Origin: an archaeon
Lineage (GTDB): Archaea; Nanobdellota; Nanobdellia; Woesearchaeales; GCA-2686295
Direction: 5' to 3'
DNA: 64,000 bases
Assembly: GCA_043817405.1 (NCBI GenBank)
Contig: JBDRGV010000062.1
Coordinates: forward strand, 1,267-65,266
The position numbers were made by a program, and so were the translations under genes. Within the stretch, counting starts at the first letter, position 1. Every line of letters begins with the position of its first letter. Shown here one piece after another: positions 47,201 through 55,603 of the stretch. The notes beneath the pieces are model-generated. The model was not told the origin of the DNA. It saw nothing but the letters and a program-made list of their open reading frames with translations, and did no database searches.

Positions 47201-50200
47201 GTTGGTCTACTAACAGGAACTCCTTTAGTAACTTCAACCTGGTGGGCAGAAACATACACTTATAGAAATGATTTCACTGATGAAGTTTCATCTGGAAGTA
47301 ATTCGTGGACTTTAAGCGGTATGAATTCAGCTTCAACACAAACACCTGAAGCAGCAGCTTTACTGACAGTCTATGAAGATGAAGAAGTCGAGAACATTAT
47401 AATGATAAAATCACATAATGATTTCTTCTACAATGATCTTGATGACTCACTTAATGCAGACAATTCAAATGTTGTAACATTTGAGTTTGAAGCAGGAGAC
47501 AAAGATAGAGACACAAAAGTTATTATTGTTGTAGGAGACGCAGCTGCTTTACCAAGAACAGATAGAATATGGTATAAAACTGGCACAGGAGTTGTTCCAA
47601 GTACTGTGATTGGAGAAACTTTAATGGCTGAGAATGAATTAAAATCAGCTGATGGTCCAGAAGCAGATACCTTTGAAGGACATATTGTTATACCTGAAGG
47701 ACACACTTATTTGGCAATGCAAATAGAAAGTCCTTTACCAAGTTGGGCTGGAGACAGTGCAATATGGATGGCAACAGCAATAGCGATTGATTGTAAACCA
47801 GCACCTTTCTGCGGAGATGGAGAAATAAATGGTTTACCTGAATGCACTGAACATGATAGAACTGATTATAATGTATGGTATTTGAATACTAAGTTTGGAT
47901 TGGATCATTGGCTTGTTGATATTGACACGGGTTATTTCTGGAACTGGGTAATATCTGAAAAGAACATTGACGCATGTGAATGGCTTTTAGTGTCAAAAGA
48001 AAGACAAGAAGAATATTATGAGGAATACAAAGATTCACTTTATGTTCCGCCAACATTCGTTTGTAATAATGGAATACTAGAACCAGGTGAAGAGTGTGAC
48101 GATGGCAATTATATTGATGACGATGAATGCAGCCGAGAATGTAAAGAAAATGGTCCAACAGGAAATGAGTGTAAAAATATAGATGGATGGGAAGATGGTG
48201 GAAGAAACCATGGAACCAAAGGATCAATTTGTATTAATACTTGTGATGCTAGTTCATTTACAGTAAATGATTTATGGCGAACTGCTTTTTTAACTGATTA
48301 TTGTGTCAGTGGAATTATTTTACATGAATATAACTGTGAGAATGGTTTCATAGTTGACTATGATATAAACTGTGGTTCAGAAGGAATTTGCCAAGCAGGA
48401 AGATGTACACTTCCAGATACAGTTTGTGGTAATGGAAAAGGAGAAGTTGGCGAAGAATGCGAAGATGGCAACCTCATCAATGGAGATGGTTGTAGTGCAA
48501 CCTGCACAAAAGAAATATTAATATTTGAAATTGAAGAAGAATGTGATAACGGAACATTAAATGGAATCGCATGTATGCCAGGATATGGAGACACCTGCTC
48601 TTATTGTAGTAATGAATGTACAATAGAATATGAAGATGGTGGTTATTGTGGTGATGGAATCAAGAATGGTCTAGAAGCATGTGACGGTACAGATGGATTG
48701 AGTGTAGGAGAAATTTGTACTTCTTCATGTACAATAATCTATCCTGAAAGCTGTGAAGATACAGATGGCGGAAGAATCTACGATGTAATAGGATCAACTA
48801 TCTGGTGTCCATCAAGTATTGTATTGGGAATGACTTGTGATGGTGTTTTTGATAGTTGTAATGGAAATACATTGACAGAATGGTATTGTGAAGAAACAAA
48901 TAGACTATCTGAACAAGTCAACTGTCCAAACGGATGTTCAAATGGTAAATGTAATGAATGTCTTGGTTATGAACTATGTGATGGACTTGACAACAATTGT
49001 AATGGTAAGATCGACGAAGGATTCAATGTTGGAGATTCATGTAGTGTTGGCATTGGCGAATGTTCAAACAATGGACAACTTGTCTGCTCACAAGATGGAC
49101 TAACTGCAGAATGCAACGCAGTTTCATTAGAACCAACAGATGAAATATGTGATGGATTAGATAATGATTGTGATGGAGTTGTTGACAACGGATTTGACGT
49201 TGGAGATAGCTGTATATCAGATTCAAACTCTTGCGGAGATTCAAACGATGGAGTCAAAGTTTGTTCAAATCTTGGATTTTCAACGACTTGTGATGCAGTA
49301 ACACCTGGAGAAAGATCTGAATGGAACCAAGTTTGTGATTCAGAAGAAAATTCATGTGGAGACACAAACTCTGGATTAACTGATTGTGATGGAATATGTG
49401 ATGCAGAAATGCCTGAAGAAAGAGAAGGATATGGCAATTCATGTAATGTTGGCGTTGGTCAATGTTATGCAGAAGGATTTTACATTTGCTCAGAATCAGG
49501 AGTTGAATGTGGAGCAACACCAGGAGAACCAACAACAGAAATCTGTGATGGATTAGATAATGATTGTGATGGATTGGTTGATGAAGGAGCTGTCTGTGGA
49601 GATGATTGTACAGTTGGAAATTCAAACATTCGATCATGTGGAACAGATATAGGAACCTGTGAGTTTGGAACAGAAACCATGACTTGCGAAGACAATGGTC
49701 TTGGTGGCGGAGTTTGGAGTGATTGGAGCGATTGCATTGGTGGAGTGAATCCTGTAGATGAAATCTGTGATGGATTAGATAATAACTGTAACGAAGCAAT
49801 CGATGAAGACCTAACAAGAGACACAACATGTGGAATTGGAATTTGCTCAGACAACACAGGTTATGAAACCTGTACAATGGGTGTTTGGGGAGACGACACA
49901 TGTAACCCATTCGAAGGATCAACAAGCGAAACATGCAATGACTTAGATGATAATTGTAACAGTTTAATAGACGAAGATGATGTCTGCGGAGAATGTGTTT
50001 ATGGTGGGGAAGAAGTTCGAAACTGTGGAATTGACACGGGTCTTTGTGAACTAGGAACTGAAACCAAGATTTGTGGAAGTAATGGTCTTGGTGGCGGAAT
50101 CTGGGGTACATGGGGTTCATGCATTGGATCAATCGGTCCAACGGATGAAATCTGTGATGGTCTAGACAATGATTGTGACGGGTTAGCTGATGAAGGAACA

Positions 50201-50746
50201 ACCTGTGTAATCTGTGGAGACTGGATAGTTGACGAACCATGGGAAGAATGTGACGATGGAAATATTCTTGATGGTGACGGATGCTCAAGCAATTGTAAAA
50301 TAGAAATACCTCCTGAGTGTTCAGATGGCATTGATAACGATGGTGATGGAGATATTGATTTCCCAGCCGATTCAGGTTGTGACGGTCCAAATGATGATAG
50401 AGAATACGAAGCAGAAACATTTGCACCAGAGATAAAAGTCACAAAAATAGATGCCTATGGATACGACTATTACAAAGGTTCGGCAGGTAGCTATTGGTTG
50501 TTAGGAGTCACTCTTGAAAACACAGGCAGCAAGGATGCAGATGATGTAGTTGTAGGAATTATATTCCCAGAACTCGGATTTAAGAAAGACATCGCAACAG
50601 TCGATATTGACGATGGTACAAGAAAAACCACTTGGTCATACATGTACATACCAAAAGACATTAAACCAGGATTTTACTTCCTAGGTGTGTTTGCTGGAAA
50701 CGATGATGTACATCGAACCAAATACGTCGAAATAGAAATCCAATAA
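44234..50746 (+). CDS. Giant (2170 aa) secreted cysteine-rich repeat surface protein / putative adhesin
   Basis: Signal peptide. N-terminal Ig-like modules (SPI[AT]EAEYF). Arrays of YCGDG...ECDG/CDDGN...DGC..C (Myxococcus-type Cys-rich repeat). CDGLDN[DN]C[DN]G..DEG (MopE-like putative metal-binding motif). C-terminal CARDB-like beta domain. Confidence 0.85.
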   Translation: MRFSNTIKNTIFLMIAICMLTITAMSAVAVDCSLDVEGPVFLIGTNHFINDGTITFFNQAHDDCSPIQTVKLFFNVSQNEISFTCGTPETGINMNADDGSFDEQIEFVSKTMPFNESGWANTCVQAQDSLNNWGACVCDKLKIDFFPPVVKNIQINPPFNKGIFNFTADAVDDYSPIAEAEYFVTHNAGFVCPDKTVRGTPLQATDGNFWTNQTEEVFANNVVYYADGTNYLHIRARESTGPQGSGQWGECTMATFETDSHPPIVTMVLVNQGAPEEELVCGEDPDVFVTICDTESPITEAEYFLDMWIPPENIPNPGTGYNLTLVRQYKPFESLLFFCSDFEGTIPLDQLDDGIHYFNQVRGKDAFGNWGKISYQNFNYSFISDNTPPETNKEIIFGGDRHVECNITEANGETITNGCYYVQNETEITLTSEDPDTNEFAGDVTIYYKIWWSVDGQDPWTVIEEDESELNEPISFTLDKPSYHLIEYWAEDGCEQEELPHHFELDIVHLTYCGDGIVQDPNTYGEFEECDGTDGVGPHQTCEEDCTLTNLPWCGDNEVNQVWELCDENGNNTDTACTPGYEDTCSWCDLECQPHEESGPYCGDNIVNGPEECDGTAGVGPDELCANDCTLYNKTYCGDGIVQDPNDYGVNEVCDENGNNTNTACTPSYEDTCSWCDLTCIPHNETGPYCGDGIWQPAEEECEGAFGVGPHESCTAECTITDLTYCGDGIKQNPNEELTGGPLNDGDEECDGTDGVGLHQECTEICTLEDLLWCGDGFVNQPSETCDENGNNTETACTPGYEDTCDWCDLSCQPHELTGPYCGDNIVNGPEECDGIAGVGLHQECTEECTLTDLPWCGDGFVNQPSEVCDENGANTNTPCTPGYEGTCDYCDTSCQPHEVEGPYCGDGIKNGAEQCDDGNLDEFDGCMSNCRTTNFECQGIDIVADGVGMNTQPQTLTQDVQGESILGLLYWSFRGAADNTIKADGVNHVGLLTGTPLVTSTWWAETYTYRNDFTDEVSSGSNSWTLSGMNSASTQTPEAAALLTVYEDEEVENIIMIKSHNDFFYNDLDDSLNADNSNVVTFEFEAGDKDRDTKVIIVVGDAAALPRTDRIWYKTGTGVVPSTVIGETLMAENELKSADGPEADTFEGHIVIPEGHTYLAMQIESPLPSWAGDSAIWMATAIAIDCKPAPFCGDGEINGLPECTEHDRTDYNVWYLNTKFGLDHWLVDIDTGYFWNWVISEKNIDACEWLLVSKERQEEYYEEYKDSLYVPPTFVCNNGILEPGEECDDGNYIDDDECSRECKENGPTGNECKNIDGWEDGGRNHGTKGSICINTCDASSFTVNDLWRTAFLTDYCVSGIILHEYNCENGFIVDYDINCGSEGICQAGRCTLPDTVCGNGKGEVGEECEDGNLINGDGCSATCTKEILIFEIEEECDNGTLNGIACMPGYGDTCSYCSNECTIEYEDGGYCGDGIKNGLEACDGTDGLSVGEICTSSCTIIYPESCEDTDGGRIYDVIGSTIWCPSSIVLGMTCDGVFDSCNGNTLTEWYCEETNRLSEQVNCPNGCSNGKCNECLGYELCDGLDNNCNGKIDEGFNVGDSCSVGIGECSNNGQLVCSQDGLTAECNAVSLEPTDEICDGLDNDCDGVVDNGFDVGDSCISDSNSCGDSNDGVKVCSNLGFSTTCDAVTPGERSEWNQVCDSEENSCGDTNSGLTDCDGICDAEMPEEREGYGNSCNVGVGQCYAEGFYICSESGVECGATPGEPTTEICDGLDNDCDGLVDEGAVCGDDCTVGNSNIRSCGTDIGTCEFGTETMTCEDNGLGGGVWSDWSDCIGGVNPVDEICDGLDNNCNEAIDEDLTRDTTCGIGICSDNTGYETCTMGVWGDDTCNPFEGSTSETCNDLDDNCNSLIDEDDVCGECVYGGEEVRNCGIDTGLCELGTETKICGSNGLGGGIWGTWGSCIGSIGPTDEICDGLDNDCDGLADEGTTCVICGDWIVDEPWEECDDGNILDGDGCSSNCKIEIPPECSDGIDNDGDGDIDFPADSGCDGPNDDREYEAETFAPEIKVTKIDAYGYDYYKGSAGSYWLLGVTLENTGSKDADDVVVGIIFPELGFKKDIATVDIDDGTRKTTWSYMYIPKDIKPGFYFLGVFAGNDDVHRTKYVEIEIQ
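45767..47035 (+). repeat. Intragenic tandem array of about 88-aa Cys-rich double modules (4-5 copies)
   Basis: Repeated YCGD[GN]I...ECDG..GVG.H..C...CTL..L.WCGD...N...E.CDENG.NT.T.CTPGYE.TC.WCD..C.PHE..GP units read directly from the translation. Confidence 0.8.
48970..50207 (+). repeat. Intragenic array of CDGLDNDCDG-type motifs (7 copies, irregular spacing)
   Basis: ELCDGLDNNCNGKIDEG, EICDGLDNDCDGVVDNG, EICDGLDNDCDGLVDEG, EICDGLDNNCNEAIDED, ETCNDLDDNCNSLIDED, EICDGLDNDCDGLADEG. Confidence 0.75.
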
Positions 50747-50839
50747 TTTAATTAATTTTTTTATTCTCTTTTTTTATTTAATAACTATAAAAACTCTACA
50801 AACAATAGTTTTATTAAATATTCAATATCCTGGTTAAAT

Positions 50840-51589
50840 ATGGATTCGAAACAGAAAATTATTTCTAAATGTAAAATTTTATTAGATGCATATCATTCAG
50901 GTAAATTAGGTTATATGAAAATGCCTGAAGATTCTAATCCTGGATTTTCTGAAAAAGATAAGGAAGTTCGTTTTGTATATTTTACTTTGCCAATGAGTTT
51001 AAATTATCAAAGAGATAGTTACAAACTTTGGGAGTCTGTTTTAGAAACCTTTAATGATTCTGAAACAAGAAAAATATTTGATGTAAAATATTCTGCAAAT
51101 CTTGATGAAGAACAATTAAGAACTTATTTGATGAAACATAAGATTGCTCTTCAACCAAAGAAACATATTGCTACGTGGCAGAAGATCTCCCAAACAATTT
51201 CAGATAATTGGGGGGCTGTTGGAAATTTGTTAAAATTTGTTGATTATGATTTTATTAAATTGAAAGATGTTATTCAAAATAAATTCAAAAAAGGTTTTCC
51301 CTATTTATCAGGTCCAAAAATTTTTAATTATTGGAGTTTTATAATTCAAGAATATGGTAAAATAAAATTAAAGAATTCAGAATTTATTGAGATTGCTCCA
51401 GATACACATATTACGAAATGTTCTGTAATTTTAGGAGTGATTACGCAAGAAGAATCAGAGTTTTTAACCAAAGAAAAAATATCTGAAAGATGGCGAGAGA
51501 TTCTTCATGGAACGGGAATTAACCCTATAAATATGCATTCTCCGTTATGGTTTTGGAGTAGAAATAATTTTCAATTTAAGTTAGATTGA
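50840..51589 (+). CDS. Hypothetical protein, possibly an HhH-GPD-like DNA glycosylase fold
   Basis: FPYLSGPKIFNYW (HhH-like GPK) followed by IAPDTHITK (compare vDTHv in Nth). Weak, by eye only. Confidence 0.35.
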   Translation: MDSKQKIISKCKILLDAYHSGKLGYMKMPEDSNPGFSEKDKEVRFVYFTLPMSLNYQRDSYKLWESVLETFNDSETRKIFDVKYSANLDEEQLRTYLMKHKIALQPKKHIATWQKISQTISDNWGAVGNLLKFVDYDFIKLKDVIQNKFKKGFPYLSGPKIFNYWSFIIQEYGKIKLKNSEFIEIAPDTHITKCSVILGVITQEESEFLTKEKISERWREILHGTGINPINMHSPLWFWSRNNFQFKLD

Positions 51590-51621
51590 TACGTGTTTTG
51601 TTATTCTAGAATTTAATTTAC

Positions 51622-52221
51622 CTACTTACTTGCGTCTGCTTGTCGTTCTAATTCTAGCTTTTTAGCGATTGCTGCAGAATTCTGACTTAATTGATAAGCA
51701 GCAATTATTTCATCGGCTAGACATTGTTCGGCTGTTTTTTTAGAGTTAAAAGATTTTTGAAAAGCTCCTTGAGTCATCATTTTAAGAACCACGTCAACTC
51801 TTCTTTGAGGAGCACATTCAACGGCTTTTGGATATCGAGCACCACCATATTCAATGGCAACAATCTCTTCTCTTGGAGCCGCGTTTTCAATTGCTTTAAC
51901 AAAAACTTCGATTGGGTTTTTATTAAGTTTTTTTTCAATAATTGTAAATGTGTCTTCAACAATTTTATATGCGGTTGTTGCTTTGCCTGTACTTGCTCCA
52001 CTGCTAATTTTATGTTTTTTACTTCTGTGGCCTGGCACCATAATTCTGTTGATAAGTCTTTCAACTATGAATACTTTTGACTTGTGAAACCTGTTCCCTG
52101 CGTATCGAGCGCCTGTTTTTGGAACAATAACTGGATTCACATTTATATATCTTTTTAGACCAGGATCTTCTACTTGTATCTTTGAACAATCCCATCTGTT
52201 AAATGCTTCTATATTAGCCAT
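51622..52221 (-). CDS. rps7: 30S ribosomal protein uS7 (S7P)
   Basis: Archaeal S7 blocks HKSKVFIVERLINRIM, PREEIVAIEYGGARYPKAV, KTAEQCLADEII. Confidence 0.85.
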   Translation of the reverse strand: MANIEAFNRWDCSKIQVEDPGLKRYINVNPVIVPKTGARYAGNRFHKSKVFIVERLINRIMVPGHRSKKHKISSGASTGKATTAYKIVEDTFTIIEKKLNKNPIEVFVKAIENAAPREEIVAIEYGGARYPKAVECAPQRRVDVVLKMMTQGAFQKSFNSKKTAEQCLADEIIAAYQLSQNSAAIAKKLELERQADASK

Positions 52222-52380
52222 GGGCTTTTGGAATTATAAACCATTTATAAAACTTTTGCTGGCTTAGTGTGCAGAGTTTTTTGATTATTAACACACTAAA
52301 CTTCAAAAAACATAATTCATGTCTTTTGATAACTGTCGACAACTAAAAATTTATAAAACCTTAATCTTTTCTCACGATTA

Positions 52381-53706
52381 ATGGCTGAAAAGAAAAAAGA
52401 ATCAAAAAAGAATTCTGAATCTCAATCAAAGATTGAGAAAAAAGAATCAAAAAAGAATTCTGAATCTCAATCAAAGACCGAGAAAAAAGATAATTTAGTT
52501 CCTGAAGTAAATATAGGTTTAGTTGGACATGTTGATCATGGAAAAACAACTTTAACCGAGAGTTTATCAGGTAAATGGACTGATACTCATTCTGAAGAAT
52601 TAAAAAGAGGAATCACCATTAGATTAGGATATGCAGATGCTGTTTTCGTCAAAACCAAGAAAGGCGAGTTCACAACAGAAGCCAATGCCAAAAAAAATAA
52701 GGAAGAATATAAAGTTCTTAGAAAAGTTTCGTTTGTAGATGCTCCCGGACATGAATCACTCATGGCAACGATGCTTTCAGGGGCCAGAATAATGGATGGT
52801 GCAATACTGTTAATTGCTGCCAATGAAACCTGTCCACAACCTCAAACAAGGGAGCATTTAATGGGTTTACAAATTGCAGGTATAAAAAATATTGTTATTG
52901 TGCAAAACAAAATAGATTTAGTAACTGAAGAAAGAGCTTTGAGAAATTACGAGAAAATCAAAGAATTCTTGAAAGGAACTGACTATGAGAAAGCTCCAAT
53001 AATACCTATTAGTGCTCATAAAAAAGTTAATATAAATTTCTTAATTGAAGCTTTGGAAACAGTCATTCCAACTCCTAAAAGAGATGAAAAGAAAGAGCCA
53101 TTAATGTTTATTGCTAGAAGCTTTGATATTAATAAACCAGGATTCAAACCCAAAGATATAAAGGGCGGAGTTCTTGGAGGAGCTTTATTACAGGGTGTAA
53201 TCAAAGAGGGCGACAAAATAGAAATTAGACCCGGAAGAATAACAGAAGTTCAGAACAAAATCGTTGCCATACCATTAATAACAAAAGTCACTTCTTGTAT
53301 AACCGGTGGACATTCTGAAAAAGAAATCAAACCAGGTGGGTCTGTGGCCATTATGACAACTCTAGATTCTAGCATTGTGAGTTCTGATAAACTGGTCGGT
53401 AATGTTATTGGTTTACCAGGTAAACTACCGCCTATTTGGTATAATTTGGTTTTGGAAACAACTCTTCTGGAGAAAGTTGTTGGAAGCGAGAAAGAAGAGG
53501 CTGTTGAACCCGTAAAAATGGGTGAAATACTCATGCTTAATGTTAATAGCGCAGCAACGGTTGGATTCGTTACTGACTTGAGTAAAAACCAGTTTTCATG
53601 CAGATTAAAAAAACCAATCTGTGCAGAAATCGGTAGCCATGTAACCATTAGCCGAAGAATCGGAACGAGATTCAGATTGATAGGTTTTGGCGCGATAAAA
53701 GAGTAG
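52381..53706 (+). CDS. eif2g: Translation initiation factor aIF-2 gamma with a Lys/Ser-rich repeat N-terminal extension
   Basis: GHVDHGKTTL, DAPGHE, QNKIDL G-motifs. Domains II and III colinear with aIF2-gamma. Confidence 0.9.
   Translation: MAEKKKESKKNSESQSKIEKKESKKNSESQSKTEKKDNLVPEVNIGLVGHVDHGKTTLTESLSGKWTDTHSEELKRGITIRLGYADAVFVKTKKGEFTTEANAKKNKEEYKVLRKVSFVDAPGHESLMATMLSGARIMDGAILLIAANETCPQPQTREHLMGLQIAGIKNIVIVQNKIDLVTEERALRNYEKIKEFLKGTDYEKAPIIPISAHKKVNINFLIEALETVIPTPKRDEKKEPLMFIARSFDINKPGFKPKDIKGGVLGGALLQGVIKEGDKIEIRPGRITEVQNKIVAIPLITKVTSCITGGHSEKEIKPGGSVAIMTTLDSSIVSSDKLVGNVIGLPGKLPPIWYNLVLETTLLEKVVGSEKEEAVEPVKMGEILMLNVNSAATVGFVTDLSKNQFSCRLKKPICAEIGSHVTISRRIGTRFRLIGFGAIKE
52393..52482 (+). 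repeat. Two tandem 45-nt copies inside the aIF-2 gamma 5' coding region
   Basis: aaaaaagaatcaaaaaagaattctgaatctcaatcaaaga... occurs twice (period 45 nt, 2 mismatches), encoding KKESKKNSESQSK[IT]E twice. Confidence 0.85.
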
Positions 53707-53714
53707 GTGTTTTC

Positions 53715-54203
53715 ATGTATAATCCAAACAAAGTACATTACGTTTCTGCAACGATTATCATTGTTAAAGATGGTAAATTTTTAATAACCAAAAGATCTCC
53801 TAATTTGAAAGCATTTCCTGGATTGTGGACTGTTCCAGGAGGAAAAATAGAGTCAAAAGATTATGAAAGACCAAAAGATACTTCTGCTCATTGGTATAAT
53901 GTTTTTGAAAATGTTTTGAAAAGAGAGACCTTAGAAGAAGTTAATTTGAAAATAACAAACATCAAATATTTGACTAGTTTAGCTTTCAAAAATAAAGAAG
54001 ACGTTCCTGTTTTAATAGCGAGTTTCTACACTGAAGATTTCGAAGGAAAAATAAAATTGTCTCCTGAGAATACAGAGTTTAAATGGGTTAATTTGGAAGA
54101 TGCTAAAAACTTTGAATTGATTGAAGGTATCTATGAAGAATTAGAAATGCTCGACAAAGTTCTCAAAGGCGAAAACCCTGGCGAGTGGAATAACAGAAAT
54201 TAA
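53715..54203 (+). CDS. NUDIX hydrolase
   Basis: Nudix box GGKIESKDYE...ENVLKRETLEEVNL. Confidence 0.75.
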   Translation: MYNPNKVHYVSATIIIVKDGKFLITKRSPNLKAFPGLWTVPGGKIESKDYERPKDTSAHWYNVFENVLKRETLEEVNLKITNIKYLTSLAFKNKEDVPVLIASFYTEDFEGKIKLSPENTEFKWVNLEDAKNFELIEGIYEELEMLDKVLKGENPGEWNNRN

Positions 54204-54255
54204 AAATAATTTCTGAACTTCCTTCTTGAAAAAAGAAGTAAAAAAATAAATAAAA

Positions 54256-54675
54256 TTAAACAATCTTTATCTTAAAGTTCAAGTTTCTTCCTGCCAATGG
54301 GTGGTTCAGGTCTATTGAGACTGTGTCTTTACTCACTCTTGCTATTCTTGCAGGTATTTCTTGCCCTTCTGGCGATCTCATAACTAAAACCATTCCTACT
54401 TGAGGTTCAGGTTCTTTTGGAAGTTTATCTTTTGGAATTGCCTTGACTAAATCAGGGTTTGGCGTGCCGTATGCTTCTTCAGGTGATAGTTTGAATTCTT
54501 TTTCTTCACCTTTTTTCATTCCAATAACTGATTTTTCAAATCCTGGAATAACCTGTTTTGCACCAATCTCGAATTCGAGTGGTTTACCGTGTTTTGCAGA
54601 ATCATCAAAAACAGTACCGTCATCAAAAGTACCTTTGTATTCAATCTTAACTTTATCGCCTTTTTTTATAACCAT
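54256..54675 (-). CDS. FKBP-type peptidyl-prolyl cis-trans isomerase (SlyD-like, with IF insert)
   Basis: GDKVKIEYKGTFDDGTVFDDS, FEIGAKQVIPGFE, HPLAGRNLNFKIKIV. Start set to the ATG at 54675, preceded by GGAG. Confidence 0.85.
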   Translation of the reverse strand: MVIKKGDKVKIEYKGTFDDGTVFDDSAKHGKPLEFEIGAKQVIPGFEKSVIGMKKGEEKEFKLSPEEAYGTPNPDLVKAIPKDKLPKEPEPQVGMVLVMRSPEGQEIPARIARVSKDTVSIDLNHPLAGRNLNFKIKIV

Positions 54676-54876
54676 GTATATCAACTCCTTTCAAATAAAG
54701 ATTAAAGCGACTTTTTTAAGTGTTTTGGTTTTTTCATACCAAAGCTCAAAAATTTATTTTTGTTGTTTTGGTTTTGTCGTTTGTGATTTTTATCTTACTT
54801 TTTTTTCACTTCTTCGCCAGGTTTATAAACAGTTGTGACTTTCTTAATCACAATCGAATTTTAAAAGGTGATAAAC

Positions 54877-55209
54877 ATGAGTAATTTAATGCATATAAAC
54901 CAAACAAACTTTGTAAAAGAAGTGCAAGAATCAACGACCCCAATAATCATAGATTTCTGGGCAGAATGGTGCGCCCCCTGTAGAATGATGGGACCGGTAT
55001 TTGAAGAACTAAGCAACCAATATGAAGGCAAACTAAAATTTGCAAAACTAAACACAGAAACAGAACCAGCACTGGCAGGAAGCTTTAGTATTAGAGGAAT
55101 ACCAAGCCTTCTAATAATGAAAAATGGACAAGAAATTGACAGAATAGTGGGATTTGCGCCAAAAGAAATTCTAAAGCAGAAAATAGATTCTGTCCTTGCA
55201 AGTATCTAA
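54877..55209 (+). CDS. trxA: Thioredoxin
   Basis: IIDFWAEWCAPCRMM active site. AGGTGA SD before the ATG at 54877. Confidence 0.85.
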   Translation: MSNLMHINQTNFVKEVQESTTPIIIDFWAEWCAPCRMMGPVFEELSNQYEGKLKFAKLNTETEPALAGSFSIRGIPSLLIMKNGQEIDRIVGFAPKEILKQKIDSVLASI

Positions 55210-55210
55210 A

Positions 55211-55555
55211 ATGACAGTTAAAATAGAATTATTCACAAGCCCAACTTGTCCACATTGTCCATCGGCCAAAAACCTTACCTACCAAGTAGGAAAAGAAGTG
55301 GAAGGTGTGAAAGTAGTCGAGACAAGTACAGCGACAAAACAAGGATCAAAAAGAGCCAGATCAATGGATGTAATGAGTGTTCCAACAATATTTGTTACAG
55401 GACCAGAATTCGAAAGAATAGGATTCAGAGGAACACCATCAAAATCCAGACTTCTGGACGCAATAGCCATAAGTAACGGCGAAAAAAAATGGGAAGAACC
55501 AAAAAGTTTCATGGAGAAACTCAAAGAGAAAATTCCAATAAAAATAAAGTTTTAA
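55211..55555 (+). CDS. Glutaredoxin-like/thioredoxin-fold small redox protein
   Basis: LFTSPTCPHCPSAK (CPHC) and VPTIFV cis-Pro loop. The ATG lies 1 nt after the trxA stop. Confidence 0.7.
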   Translation: MTVKIELFTSPTCPHCPSAKNLTYQVGKEVEGVKVVETSTATKQGSKRARSMDVMSVPTIFVTGPEFERIGFRGTPSKSRLLDAIAISNGEKKWEEPKSFMEKLKEKIPIKIKF

Positions 55556-55603
55556 CCATAACAACAAACTTTATTAAACAAGTCCTGTTGGAGGTTTTTT
55601 AAT

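Noticed and set aside
44756-50442. Many long ORFs antisense to or out of frame with the giant gene, for example 49254..50426 (390 aa), 46446..46943, 48967..49437, 49480..49857 and 49999..50442.
   Set aside because: Their translations are monotonous His/Leu/Gln/Ser-rich strings, produced by reading the Cys/Asp/Gly/Glu codon repeats in other frames. They lack SD or TATA context and lie wholly inside a 2170-aa ORF that has coherent domain structure.
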